In this document: piece by piece, positions 27,316 through 37,610 of the stretch
Numbering within the stretch: position 1 is the first letter of the stretch
Layout of the letters: each line of letters starts with the position of its first letter
From: Planctomycetota bacterium
GTDB taxonomy: Bacteria; Planctomycetota; DG-23; DATKVD01
Length of the DNA: 64,000 nt
Reading direction: 5' to 3'
NCBI GenBank assembly: GCA_037439485.1
Contig: JBBIVY010000004.1
Span: 93 to 64,092 of the forward strand
Made by a program: the position numbers and the translations under genes
The notes under the pieces: model-generated
Told to the model about the DNA's origin: nothing
The model's database searches: none
What the model saw: the letters and a program-made list of their open reading frames with translations, nothing else

Positions 27316-28512
27316 ATGCGTATGCGACGCGTCTTGGCGGGGCTGATCGCGGCGGCGTGTCTTGCCTTCTCGTGCTCTCGCGTGGAGGCGGCGGAGGCGA
27401 CGAACGCGTTTGCGAAGTGGAAGATGGGGCCGGCGAAATCGGCGGACTTCTTCCCGATCGCGGTGTGGCTGCAGGACCCGAGGAACGCGGAGAGGTACAA
27501 GGAAGTCGGGATCAACCTCTACGTCGGTCTGTGGCAGGGGCCGACCGACGCGCAGCTTCAGGCGCTCGCGAAGGCCGGAATGCCCGTCATCTGCTCGCAG
27601 AACGCGGTCGGCCTCGCGCACAAGGGCGACCCGATCATCGTCGGCTGGATGCACGGCGACGAGCCGGACAACGCGCAGGACGTGACCGATCCGAAGACCG
27701 GGAAGAAGGGCTACGGCCCGTGCCTCCCGCCCGCGCGCATCGTCGCGGATTATGAGAAGATCAAGACCGCCGACCCGACGCGCCCCGTGATGCTTAACCT
27801 CGGACAGGGCGTCGCCAACGACGAGTGGGTCGGCCGCGGCTCCGGCGCCAAGCTCTCCGATTACCTCACCTACGTCCAGGGAGGCGACGTCATCTCGTTC
27901 GACATCTACCCCGTCGCAAGCTACTCCAAGAAGCCGAGCGAGAATTACCTCTGGCTCGTCCCCAAGGGCGTCGACCGGCTCGTGAAGTGGACCGAGGGAA
28001 AGCGCATCGTCTGGAACTGCATCGAATGCACCCACGTCGACAATCCCGACAAGAAGGCCACCCCCGCGCAGGTCAAGACCGAGGTCTGGATGTCGCTCGT
28101 CCACGGCTCCACGGGGCTCATCTACTTCGTGCATGAGTTCAAGCCGAAGTTCATCGAGGCGGGCCTCTTCGCCGATGCCGAGATGGCCAAGGCGGTCGGG
28201 GAGGTCAACAAGCAGATCCACGACCTGGCGGGCGTCCTCAATTCGCCGAGCCTTCCGCCCGGGGATGCCGTCGCGGAGTCGTCGCCGGCCGATGCGCCGG
28301 TTGACGTGATGGCCAAAAAGCACGACGGCGCCATTTACCTCTTCGCCGTCGCCATGCGCAACGCCGAAGCCAAATGTAAGTTCCGCATCAAGGGCGCGAC
28401 GCCTGGGGCCAAGGTCGAGGTCCTCGGCGAAAGCCGCACGATCCCGCTCAAGTCCGGCGCGTTCGAGGACGCATTTGCGCCTTACGCGGTGCATCTGTAC
28501 CGAATCCGGTAG
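27316..28512 (+). CDS. secreted TIM-barrel glycoside-hydrolase-like protein (clan GH-A-like; family not assigned)
   Basis: Signal peptide MRMRRVLAGLIAAACLAFSCSRVEAAEA. WMHGDEPDN (NEP-like acid/base region), FDIYP, VWNCIECTH (possible nucleophile Glu). GGGAGG Shine-Dalgarno. Confidence 0.6.
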   Translation: MRMRRVLAGLIAAACLAFSCSRVEAAEATNAFAKWKMGPAKSADFFPIAVWLQDPRNAERYKEVGINLYVGLWQGPTDAQLQALAKAGMPVICSQNAVGLAHKGDPIIVGWMHGDEPDNAQDVTDPKTGKKGYGPCLPPARIVADYEKIKTADPTRPVMLNLGQGVANDEWVGRGSGAKLSDYLTYVQGGDVISFDIYPVASYSKKPSENYLWLVPKGVDRLVKWTEGKRIVWNCIECTHVDNPDKKATPAQVKTEVWMSLVHGSTGLIYFVHEFKPKFIEAGLFADAEMAKAVGEVNKQIHDLAGVLNSPSLPPGDAVAESSPADAPVDVMAKKHDGAIYLFAVAMRNAEAKCKFRIKGATPGAKVEVLGESRTIPLKSGAFEDAFAPYAVHLYRIR

Positions 28513-28536
28513 CCGCTGGTGGCGAGGAGGGACTGC

Positions 28537-29619
28537 TCAAACACCAGGTTTGGGGGAATGTGTGCAGTTCGTCCCGCGACACCGCCGGAGGATGAGGATG
28601 GCGAGAAAGGCGGCCGCCGCCAGAATGCCGGCCGCGACGGCAATGACCGGCCACCGAGCCCCCTGGCCGATCATTTTTCGCGGGGTGCCCGTGTCGGCCG
28701 CTGAAGGTGCAGGAGGGTTGGCTCCCGCGTCATGCTCTTTTCCATTTTCGGGGGCCAGCTCAGAGCGTGGCTCGACGGCGAACGCCTCTTTCGGCAGCCG
28801 ATCCAACAGATCATCCTCGACCATCTTGACGGCGCGATCGATGTGCTCCCGTGAAACCCTCGCCATAGGCGTTTCGGGATACTTCTTGATGATCTCGTTC
28901 ATCGCAATGGGAACATCTTCCGGCTTCTGTCGGCCGTAGGTGTACCCGAACTGGCGAACGGCAGCCCGGACGATCGTCATCTCGCTGGAACCGAGCACAT
29001 CGCCCTGCTCTGCCCGCCGGTGGCGCTCTGTCCAGGCCTGGACCGGCGCGTCAGGATTGATACTGTCAAAAAGGTCACCAACCCCCCGCGGAATCGGCTT
29101 AGGTTTCGGCTCGGCCAGCCAATCGCTCTTCCGCTGTTCGAAAGTCCGCTTCAGACAGTCCATGGCTTTCCAGAGGTAGTCCCTGGCCTTGTCGTTATTG
29201 GAGTTCAGGCCCCGCTCGATGGACGCGGCGTGAATGCAGGCCCGCGGCACCATCAGCTGCGGAGACCCTGTGGCGTTCATCGGCACTTTCTCGTAGTAGA
29301 CCATGTGGTCGTAGGTGGCGACGATTCGGCTGTAGATTGCCAGCCCCTCTTTCCGCCGCGGAGACTCCCCGTGCTTGGGGTCGGACGTCTGGCTGAGCGC
29401 CACGGCCATCTGGTATTCTATCACGATGTTCCGGGGGTCGTTCGGACGCAGCGAGAGGGCTTTCTTCCAGTGCTCGACCCTCGAATCCCGATCCGCCGCA
29501 CCCTCGGCAGCCGTTAACTCCCGGTCAAAGGCAATGTCCGGGGCCTGTTCCTGGCGTTCGGCGCCAAGGCACGCGGCGGCGAGGATCAGTCCCAGGGCCG
29601 CTGGTATCTGGGTTTTCAA
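28537..29619 (-). CDS. hypothetical exported protein with a C-terminal membrane anchor
   Basis: TTG 29619 preceded by AGGAGGAGG. N-terminal signal peptide and C-terminal TM (WPVIAVAAGILAAAAFLAILIL). No family recognised. Looks lower in GC than its surroundings by eye. Confidence 0.6.
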   Translation of the reverse strand: MKTQIPAALGLILAAACLGAERQEQAPDIAFDRELTAAEGAADRDSRVEHWKKALSLRPNDPRNIVIEYQMAVALSQTSDPKHGESPRRKEGLAIYSRIVATYDHMVYYEKVPMNATGSPQLMVPRACIHAASIERGLNSNNDKARDYLWKAMDCLKRTFEQRKSDWLAEPKPKPIPRGVGDLFDSINPDAPVQAWTERHRRAEQGDVLGSSEMTIVRAAVRQFGYTYGRQKPEDVPIAMNEIIKKYPETPMARVSREHIDRAVKMVEDDLLDRLPKEAFAVEPRSELAPENGKEHDAGANPPAPSAADTGTPRKMIGQGARWPVIAVAAGILAAAAFLAILILRRCRGTNCTHSPKPGV

Positions 29620-29839
29620 TGCCTCCTCCTAATTCCGCAAACCGGATCCCGATACTGGCCAGCCACTTTCGGGAGGGATAATCCGGGGAGAGATGGAAAA
29701 TGTGGGAGGCCGTTAGTCGGTGTTGTTGTGACGGGCGTTGGTGCCCCACGCGGCCAAGCCGTCGGTGTCGTCAGAGCCGGCTGAGGTGCAAGAAAGAACG
29801 GGACGGCCGGGTTCGTCCCGTTGGGTCCGCTCAGATTCG

Positions 29840-29875
29840 CCCTCACCCAGCCCTCTCCCCCAGGGGGAGAGGGGA
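29840..29875. repeat. class C hairpin (CCTCACCCAG + CCCTCTCCCCCagGGGGAGAGGGG)
   Basis: Read directly. Abuts the stop of the CBM-like gene. Confidence 0.75.
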
Positions 29876-29877
29876 GT

Positions 29878-30399
29878 TCATTTCTCCAGCCGCATGTTGT
29901 CGAGGTAGAACGTCGTGGGCTTGGCGACGTTGGAGCCGAAGAGGATGAGCATCTTGACCTTGGCGAGGTCGATTTTGCCGCCGACGTTGGAGAGGTCGAT
30001 GGCGACGGAGTTGGCGCCCTTGGCGATTTCCAGCCCATCGTTGTTGTAGCGCGACTCGTAGTCCTTGGAGTTCTCGTCGTCGATGCGGACCAGCAGCGTG
30101 AAGGCTTCGTCGGCGAAGAGGTCGAACTTGAGTTTCGACCAGGGCTTCCAGTCGTTCGGGATCTGCGTCGTGGTGATGCCCGGATACTCCGCGGCCTTGA
30201 GCGTCACCTTGAGCGCGCCCTTGCCGACGGTCGCGTGGTCGGCGACGACGGCGATGTCGGCGTCGGCCGCGTCCCACTTCGCCAGTTCGCCCGCCTCCTC
30301 GAAGTTGAACAGCACCTTCGCGTCCTTGGCCTCGGCCCACGCGAATGCCGCCAAGGCGCACGCGAGACACCCCGCCAATACCGGGATCGGCTTGCGCAT
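29878..30399 (-). CDS. small secreted beta-sandwich carbohydrate-binding-module-like protein (paralogue a)
   Basis: ATG 30399 with AAGGAGG upstream. Signal peptide. KVLFNFEE...HATVGKGALKVTL...YLDNMRLEK pattern typical of CBM11-like/CIA30-like modules. Confidence 0.7.
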   Translation of the reverse strand: MRKPIPVLAGCLACALAAFAWAEAKDAKVLFNFEEAGELAKWDAADADIAVVADHATVGKGALKVTLKAAEYPGITTTQIPNDWKPWSKLKFDLFADEAFTLLVRIDDENSKDYESRYNNDGLEIAKGANSVAIDLSNVGGKIDLAKVKMLILFGSNVAKPTTFYLDNMRLEK

Positions 30400-30420
30400 C
30401 GGGGTCCTCCTTGCCATTGC

Positions 30421-30444
30421 GGGCACGGCATGCCGTGCCCCTAC
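30421..30444. repeat. class A REP: GGGCACGGCaTGCCGTGCCCCTAC
   Basis: Perfect palindrome plus CTAC tail. Confidence 0.8.
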
Positions 30445-30453
30445 GTGAAAAGG

Positions 30454-30972
30454 CTACTTTTCCAGCCGCACGTTATCGATGTAGATCGTCCTCTCGGCGC
30501 CGAGGTGAACGAGCAGCGTGATGGCGGCCATCTTCTTGATGTCGAGCTTGGCATCTTCCATGCCCGCGGCGATGTCGGCGACGGGGATGGAGATCGTGTT
30601 GGCGCCCTTGGCCAGGTCGACCTCCTTGCGGAACGGCTTGCGGAAGGCGTCACGCAACGAGACGGTGAGGGCGAGCCCGTCGTCGGCGAAGACGTCGAAC
30701 GCGAAGGTGGTGTAGCCCGACCAGTCCTTCACCGCCAGGCCCTCGGTGGCGATGCCGGACGTGTCGCCGTTGGCCGTGAGCTTCAGCTTCAGCGACTTCG
30801 CCCCCGACGTCGCGTGCTCCGCCGAGACCGACTTCTCGCACCGCGCCGCCCGCCAGGCCGCGGCGTCCGCGTCGACCTCGAAGTCGAACAGAACTTTCGT
30901 CTCCGTCGCGGCGGCAAAGGCAAAGGCCGCGAGCGTCAGGCAGCCGGCGCACAGGAGGATAGTTTTGCGCAT
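30454..30972 (-). CDS. small secreted CBM-like protein (paralogue b)
   Basis: ATG 30972 with GGGAGG upstream. KVLFDFE...HATSGAKSLKLKL...YIDNVRLEK, collinear with paralogue a. Confidence 0.7.
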   Translation of the reverse strand: MRKTILLCAGCLTLAAFAFAAATETKVLFDFEVDADAAAWRAARCEKSVSAEHATSGAKSLKLKLTANGDTSGIATEGLAVKDWSGYTTFAFDVFADDGLALTVSLRDAFRKPFRKEVDLAKGANTISIPVADIAAGMEDAKLDIKKMAAITLLVHLGAERTIYIDNVRLEK

Positions 30973-31001
30973 CGAGAGCCTCCCTGTAGAAGCGGAAAGA
31001 C

Positions 31002-31034
31002 GGGCACGGTCCCGATGAGTCGGGATGCCCCTAC
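31002..31034. repeat. class A REP: GGGCAcggTCCCGAtgaGTCGGGATGCCCCTAC
   Basis: The CTAC tail supplies the glnS stop codon (TAG on the minus strand, 31031-31033). Confidence 0.8.
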
Positions 31035-32779
31035 GTGCGTTTCTGTATCTTCGCCCACTCATCCTTCAGCGTCACCGTGCGGTTGAAGACGAGCTTGGCG
31101 GGGGCGCTGTCGCGGTCGAGGCAGAAATAGCCGAGGCGCTCGAACTGGACGCGGGCGAGGGGCTTCGCGTCGGCGAGCGACGGCTCGACCTTGCAGCCCG
31201 TGAGCGTCTGGAGCGAATGCGGGTTGAGGTTCGACTTCCAATCATGCCCTTCGCCCACGTCCATCGGGTTCGGACGGGTGAAGAGGTAATCGTAGAGCCT
31301 CACCTCCGCATCCAGCGCGCGCTCGGCCGAGACCCAGTGCAGTGTCGACTGCACCTTGCGCCCGTCGGGGGCGTCGCCTCCTCGCGTGGCGGGGTCGTAG
31401 GTGCCGCGAAGCTCGGTGATTTCGCCCGTCTTCGGGTTTTTCACGACGCCGGTGCAGGTGATGAAATACGCATAGCGGAGGCGCACCTCGCGGCCGGGGG
31501 CGAGGCGGAAGAACTTCTTCGGCGGTTCTTCCATGAAGTCCTCGCGCTCGATGTAGATCGTCTTGGAGAACGGGACCTTGCGCGAACCGGCCGAGGCGTC
31601 CTCGGGGTTATTGACGGCGTCGAGGTCCTCGACCTGGCCCTCGGGATAATTCTCGATGACGACCTTCAAGGGATGGAGCACGGCCATGACGCGGTTCGAG
31701 CGTTTGTTGAGGTCCTCGCGGACGCAGTGCTCGAAGAGCCTCACGTCGATGGAGACGTCGGTCTCGGTCTTGCCGACGCCGACGCGCTCGGCGAAGGCGT
31801 GAATGGCCTCGGGCGTGATGCCCCGGCGGCGCAGTCCGGCCAGGGTCGGCAGGCGCGGGTCGTCGAAGCCGGAGACGAGCTTCTCGTTCACCATCTCGAT
31901 GAACCGGCGCTTGCTCATCACGGTGTAGGTGAGGGAATAGCGCGCGAACTCGATCTGCCGCGGGTGGTGGATCTTCTTTCCCCACGGGCCCGAGCCGTCG
32001 TCGGTGCGGCCTTCGTTGATGGCGTCGATGAACCAGTCGTAGAGCGGGCGATGGTTCTCGTACTCCAGCGAGCAGAGCGAGAAGGTGATCCCCTCGATGG
32101 AGTCTTCCAGCCCGTGCGCCCAGTCGTACATCGGGTAGATGCACCACTTGTCGCCCTGGCGGTGGTGAGATTCGTGGAGGATGCGATACATGACCGGGTC
32201 GCGCATGTTGAGGTTGGGGTGGGCCATGTCGATCTTGGCGCGGAGGGTCTTCGAGCCGTCCGGGAAGGCGCCGTCGCGCATCCGGTGGAAGAGCTCGATG
32301 TTCTCCTCGACCGTGCGCTTGCGGGAGGGGCTTTCCGCGCCGGGGGTCGTCAGCGTGCCGCGGTAGGCGCTCACCTCGATGCCGGAGAGGTCGTCGACGT
32401 AGGCCCGGCCCTTCTTCACCAGCTCCTCGGCCCACTCATACATCCGGTCGAAGTAGTCGCTGCCGTAGAAGAGCCGGTCGCCCCACTCGGCGCCCAGCCA
32501 CTTCACGTCCTCGATGATGGCGTCGACGTACTCCTGCTCTTCCTTCGCCGGGTTCGTGTCGTCGAAGCGCAGGTTAAAGAGGCCGCCGAACTCCTTGGCG
32601 ATGCCATAGCTGATCCACACCGCCTTCGCGTGGCCGATGTGCAGGTAGGCGTTCGGCTCCGGCGGAAAGCGCGTGTGAACGGTCTTCGCGCGGCCCGAGG
32701 CCAGGTCCGCCTTGATCGCGTCGCGGATGAAGTCCGACGCGGGGGTTGCATCGGGATTATTCTTGTTCGGTTCGGACAT
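31031..32779 (-). CDS. glnS: glutamine--tRNA ligase
   Basis: [17 protein letters not shown] (HIGH), [13 protein letters not shown] (KMSKS-like), and a C-terminal anticodon-binding beta-barrel region. Confidence 0.95.
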   Translation of the reverse strand: MSEPNKNNPDATPASDFIRDAIKADLASGRAKTVHTRFPPEPNAYLHIGHAKAVWISYGIAKEFGGLFNLRFDDTNPAKEEQEYVDAIIEDVKWLGAEWGDRLFYGSDYFDRMYEWAEELVKKGRAYVDDLSGIEVSAYRGTLTTPGAESPSRKRTVEENIELFHRMRDGAFPDGSKTLRAKIDMAHPNLNMRDPVMYRILHESHHRQGDKWCIYPMYDWAHGLEDSIEGITFSLCSLEYENHRPLYDWFIDAINEGRTDDGSGPWGKKIHHPRQIEFARYSLTYTVMSKRRFIEMVNEKLVSGFDDPRLPTLAGLRRRGITPEAIHAFAERVGVGKTETDVSIDVRLFEHCVREDLNKRSNRVMAVLHPLKVVIENYPEGQVEDLDAVNNPEDASAGSRKVPFSKTIYIEREDFMEEPPKKFFRLAPGREVRLRYAYFITCTGVVKNPKTGEITELRGTYDPATRGGDAPDGRKVQSTLHWVSAERALDAEVRLYDYLFTRPNPMDVGEGHDWKSNLNPHSLQTLTGCKVEPSLADAKPLARVQFERLGYFCLDRDSAPAKLVFNRTVTLKDEWAKIQKRT

Positions 32780-32809
32780 TCGAGGCGCCTTTTTCTGTCG
32801 TTAGCAGAA

Positions 32810-32852
32810 CCCCTCACCCGGACCCTCTCCCCCGAAGACGGGGGCGAGGGAA
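32810..32852. repeat. class C-like hairpin (CCCCTCACCCGGA + CCCTCTCCCCCGaagaCGGGGGCGAGGG)
   Basis: Read directly in the glnS/gltX divergent gap. Confidence 0.65.
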
Positions 32853-32923
32853 AGCCGTGAGGCGGGAGCATTCAGGACCAGATATTTTAGCCTCGGGACG
32901 CGCCCTTTGCACGTGAAATCCGA

Positions 32924-32951
32924 TTGACAAATCCTCCGGTTCTGATAGGAT
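32924..32951 (+). promoter_or_regulatory. sigma70-like promoter for gltX: TTGACA-N16-TAGGAT
   Basis: TTGACA 32924-32929 and TAGGAT 32946-32951. It would give a roughly 150-nt leader containing a class B hairpin. Confidence 0.45.
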
Positions 32952-32974
32952 TTGCGGCTCTTTCGACAGATGAA

Positions 32975-33084
32975 AAGCAGCGACGGCTGAGCAGGAGAGC
33001 AGCGGAGCAGGTGAACAGGTGATGCCCGGCCGACATCTCCTGCTCGCCTGCTCTCCTGATCGCCTGCTCGGCTTCTGCTGCTTC
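32975..33084. repeat. class B low-complexity-armed hairpin (unit about GAGCAGG)
   Basis: Left arm aagcagcgacggctgagcaggagagcagcggagcaggtgaacagg. About 18-nt spacer. Right arm ctcctgctcgcctgctctcctgatcgcctgctcggcttctgctgctt. Confidence 0.8.
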
Positions 33085-33106
33085 TCGCTCTCTTCCGAGG
33101 CATGAC

Positions 33107-34561
33107 ATGGCCGACATCGTTCGCGTGCGCTTTGCGCCGTCGCCCACGGGCTACCTGCACATGGGCAACATCCGCACCGCGCTCTTCAACTGGCTCTTTG
33201 CCCGCCATGCCGGGGGCAAGTTCATCATCCGCATCGAGGACACCGACCGCGAGCGATCGAAGGAGGAGTACGTCGACGCCATCCTCTCCGACTTTAAGTG
33301 GCTCGGGCTCGACGTCGACGAAGGCCCGGGCGTCGGCGGGCCGTATCCCCCCTACAAGCAGTCCGAGCGGCTGGCGCAGCTCACGGAGGGCTACAAGAGT
33401 CTGGCCGACGAGCTGATTGCCAAGGGCAAGGCCTACCGGTGCTTCTGCAACCCCGAGGAGTTCGAGAAGGCCCGCGAGGCCAAAGCCAAGTCGGGCGATG
33501 CGGTGCCGTATAACTGCGCCTGCCGCGACCTGACGCCGGGCGCGAATCCCGGCGGGACGAACTGCGTCCGCTTCCGCGTGCCGGCGGGCGAGACGATCAC
33601 CTTCGACGACATGGTCCTCGGCGCGACCTCGTTCCAGAGCGACCTCATCGGCGACTTTGTCATCGTGAAGACGGACGGCTTCCCGACCTACAACTACGCG
33701 GTCATCGTCGACGACGAGCAGATGAAGATCACCCACGTCATCCGCGCGGAAGGCCACGTGTCGAATACGCCGGTGCAGTGCCTGCTCTACGACGCCTTCG
33801 GCTGGCAGCGTCCGATCTTCGCGCACCTGCCCTCGGTGCTGAGCGCCGACGGCAAGGGCAAGCTCTCGAAGCGCCTGGGCGCGCTGTCCATCGTCGAGTA
33901 TCGTCGACAGGGCTATCTGCCGGAGGCGCTCGTCAACTACATGGCGCTCCTCGGCTGGAGCCCGGGCGACGACCGCGAGATCATGACGCTGGACGACCTC
34001 ATCCGCGATTTCGACCTCTCGCGCGTGAAAAAGTCCGGCGCTCGGTTCGACCAGGACAAGCTCACGTGGGTCAACGCGCATTACATGAAGCAGGCGTCCC
34101 CGGAGAAGCTCGTCCCGCTCGCCGCGGAGGCGCTGAAGGCGGCGGGTTACGACCTTACGCGCACGTCGCCGGAGTGGCTGGCGAAGCTCGTTCACATCTA
34201 CCGCGACAACCTGAACGCGATGAGCGACCTCGCGCCGCAGGTGAAGTTCCTCTTCGTCGACGAGGTGACGTTCGACGCGAAGGACGCGGAGAAGTTCCTG
34301 AACCCCGACGGCGTCGCCGTCCTTCGCGAGGCGCACGCGGGGCTTGCGGCGCTTGCGGAATGGGCCGAGCCCGCGATGGAGCCGGTGCTCAAGCGCATCT
34401 GCGACGAGCGGAAGATCGGCTTCGGCAAGGTCGCCCAGCCCATCCGCGTCGCCCTCACCGGAACGCGCGTGTCGAAGGGCATCTTCGAGACGCTCTGGCT
34501 CTTAGGCCGCGAAAGATCGCTTTCGCGCATTCAGAATGCGTCGGCGCGGTTCGGGAATTGA
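33107..34561 (+). CDS. gltX: glutamate--tRNA ligase
   Basis: RFAPSPTGYLHMGNIRTA (HIGH), IRIEDTDRERS, KLSKR (KMSKS). Confidence 0.95.
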   Translation: MADIVRVRFAPSPTGYLHMGNIRTALFNWLFARHAGGKFIIRIEDTDRERSKEEYVDAILSDFKWLGLDVDEGPGVGGPYPPYKQSERLAQLTEGYKSLADELIAKGKAYRCFCNPEEFEKAREAKAKSGDAVPYNCACRDLTPGANPGGTNCVRFRVPAGETITFDDMVLGATSFQSDLIGDFVIVKTDGFPTYNYAVIVDDEQMKITHVIRAEGHVSNTPVQCLLYDAFGWQRPIFAHLPSVLSADGKGKLSKRLGALSIVEYRRQGYLPEALVNYMALLGWSPGDDREIMTLDDLIRDFDLSRVKKSGARFDQDKLTWVNAHYMKQASPEKLVPLAAEALKAAGYDLTRTSPEWLAKLVHIYRDNLNAMSDLAPQVKFLFVDEVTFDAKDAEKFLNPDGVAVLREAHAGLAALAEWAEPAMEPVLKRICDERKIGFGKVAQPIRVALTGTRVSKGIFETLWLLGRERSLSRIQNASARFGN

Positions 34562-34656
34562 GTGACAACCGACACGTGACTACTGACAAGTAACAGCGAA
34601 GCCGTCTGATCGCGTATCTTGCCGTCACGTGTCAGTTGTCACGTGTCAGTTGTCAG
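34562..34656. repeat. class B hairpin, TGACAA/GTGACA family, copy 1
   Basis: Left arm gtgacaaccgacacgtgactactgacaagtaac. Spacer. Right arm gccgtcacgtgtcagttgtcacgtgtcagttgtcag. Confidence 0.85.
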
Positions 34657-34690
34657 CGACGGGCGGAAGAAGCCCTGAAAAGGGGATGAA

Positions 34691-35590
34691 ATGTCGCTAT
34701 TGGTCGTCGGTTCCATCGCGTTCGACTCGGTTCGCACCCCCGAAGGTGAAGTCACGGAGGCATTGGGCGGGTCCGCCGTGTATTTCTCGTATGCGGCGAG
34801 CTACTTCACGAAGGTGCGCATCGCGGGGGTGGTGGGGGAGGATTTCCCGGAGTCGGATCTGGACGACCTGCGCTCTCGCGGCGTCGACACGCGGGGCGTC
34901 CTGCGCGCGAAGGGCAGGACCTTCCGCTGGAAGGGCTCCTACGAAGGGGCGATGAACGAGGCGACGACCGAGGCGGTCGAGCTGAACGTCCTCGGCACGT
35001 TCGACGGGGCCATCCCCGAGGCGTTCGTCGATTCGCGCTACGTGTTCCTCGCGAACGGCCCGCCGGGAATCCAGCATCGGATCATCGACCAGGTGCGCTC
35101 GCCGAAGCTGATCGTCGCCGACACGATGAACCACTGGATCCGCGACACGCGCGACGAGCTGAAGAGGCTGCTCGGCCGCGTCCACGGCTTCGTCATGAAC
35201 GACCAGGAGGTCCGCGCCTACACGGGCGACCAGAACCTGCCGCGCGCGGGGCGGAAGCTGCTCGAAGAAGGCCCGCAGTTCGCGGTCATCAAGAAGGGCG
35301 AGCACGGGGCGCTGCTCGTCACGCGCGACGAGTTCTTCGCGGTGCCGGCGTTTCCGGTGCTCGACGTCAAGGACCCGACGGGCGCCGGCGACTCCTTCGC
35401 GGGCGGCATGATGGGACACATCGCCAAGACCGACGACGCGTCGATGCTGACGCTCAAGCGCGCCATGCTCTACGGCGCCGTCGTCGCCAGCATCAACGTC
35501 GAAGGCTTCTCGCTCGAACGCTTCAAATCGACCTCGCTCAAGGACGTCGAGGCGCGGTACGAGCGGTTCCGGAATATGCTGACGCTGTAG
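34691..35590 (+). CDS. PfkB-family carbohydrate/nucleoside kinase
   Basis: LVVGSIAFD, GGSAVYFS, VKDPTGAGDSFAGGMMGH (PfkB signature 2). Confidence 0.85.
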   Translation: MSLLVVGSIAFDSVRTPEGEVTEALGGSAVYFSYAASYFTKVRIAGVVGEDFPESDLDDLRSRGVDTRGVLRAKGRTFRWKGSYEGAMNEATTEAVELNVLGTFDGAIPEAFVDSRYVFLANGPPGIQHRIIDQVRSPKLIVADTMNHWIRDTRDELKRLLGRVHGFVMNDQEVRAYTGDQNLPRAGRKLLEEGPQFAVIKKGEHGALLVTRDEFFAVPAFPVLDVKDPTGAGDSFAGGMMGHIAKTDDASMLTLKRAMLYGAVVASINVEGFSLERFKSTSLKDVEARYERFRNMLTL

Positions 35591-35596
35591 TCGCGC

Positions 35597-35694
35597 GTGA
35601 CAACTGACAAGTGACTACTGACAAGCAACAGCATGAGGATGCTCCGGTCGCGCTCTTCGCCGTTACTTGTCAGTTGTCACGTGTCGGTTGTAAC
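35597..35694. repeat. class B hairpin, TGACAA/GTGACA family, copy 2
   Basis: Left arm gtgacaactgacaagtgactactgacaagcaac. Spacer. Right arm gccgttacttgtcagttgtcacgtgtcggttgtaac. Confidence 0.85.
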
Positions 35695-35717
35695 TCTCGG
35701 GTTTGCGGAGAAGCAAC

Positions 35718-36311
35718 ATGATGATGCGGTGCTTCATTGCCCTCGAAGTCCCCGAAGACCTGCAGGACGCGCTCGGCCGCGTGCAGGCGAAGCTGCGGGC
35801 GGCAGGGGCGGACGTCAAGTGGACGGCGCCCCGGTCGATCCACCTCACGGTGAAATTTCTCGGCGACATGCCGGGCGACGACGTGCCGGCGGTGTGCGAC
35901 GCGATGAACGCCGTGGCGGCGCAGGCGTTGCCGTTCGAGCTGGGCATCTCGGGACTCGGGACGTTTCCGCAGGACGCTCCGCCGCGGGTCCTCTGGGCCG
36001 GGATTCACGGGGACATCGAGCCGCTCAACGCTCTCGTCGCGGGCCTGGAAAAGGAGATCGCCGACGCCGTTGGCATCGCGCCGGAGGTTCGGCCCTACCA
36101 CCCGCACGTTACGGTCGGCCGCGTCCGCTCGTCCCGCGGCGGCGATCGTCTCGATCGGCTGATGAAGGACGAGATGTCGAAGGAGGACCTCGGCACGTTC
36201 AGCGCGGATGAGCTGGTGCTTTTCATGAGCGAACTCACGCGCGAAGGCCCGATGCATACGCCGATGGCGCGGGCGAGGTTTGGCGGGGAAGCACTGACGA
36301 CTGACACGTGA
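35718..36311 (+). CDS. thpR: RNA 2',3'-cyclic phosphodiesterase (2H family, ThpR/LigT)
   Basis: Two HxT/S motifs (IHLTVKFLG and HPHVTVGR). One of three consecutive ATGs (35718-35726) is preferred over TTG 35703. The last few codons (...EALTTDT) and the stop lie inside repeat copy 3. Confidence 0.85.
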   Translation: MMMRCFIALEVPEDLQDALGRVQAKLRAAGADVKWTAPRSIHLTVKFLGDMPGDDVPAVCDAMNAVAAQALPFELGISGLGTFPQDAPPRVLWAGIHGDIEPLNALVAGLEKEIADAVGIAPEVRPYHPHVTVGRVRSSRGGDRLDRLMKDEMSKEDLGTFSADELVLFMSELTREGPMHTPMARARFGGEALTTDT

Positions 36312-36386
36312 CAACTGACAAGCAACGGCGAAAGCGGCCCGGCGGCTCTTGCCGTCACTCGTCAGTTGTCACGTGTCAGTTGTGAG
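36300..36386. repeat. class B hairpin, TGACAA/GTGACA family, copy 3
   Basis: Left arm ctgacacgtgacaactgacaagcaac. Spacer. Right arm gccgtcactcgtcagttgtcacgtgtcagttgtgag. Confidence 0.85.
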
Positions 36387-36448
36387 TTGAAGTGTTTGCG
36401 TGGCGGGGCTCCGACCCGCCACCCAAGCCTCTAGCGGCAAAGAAACGC

Positions 36449-36474
36449 GGGCGGACACATAGGTCCGCCCCTAC
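36449..36474. repeat. class A REP: GGGCGGACacataGGTCCGCCCCTAC, with the AAAGAAACGCG left flank
   Basis: Near-identical to the copies at 15249-15274 and 19624-19649. Confidence 0.85.
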
Positions 36475-36500
36475 AGAAAAGGAAATAGGGGGACACGAAC

Positions 36501-37610
<1,110 letters not shown>

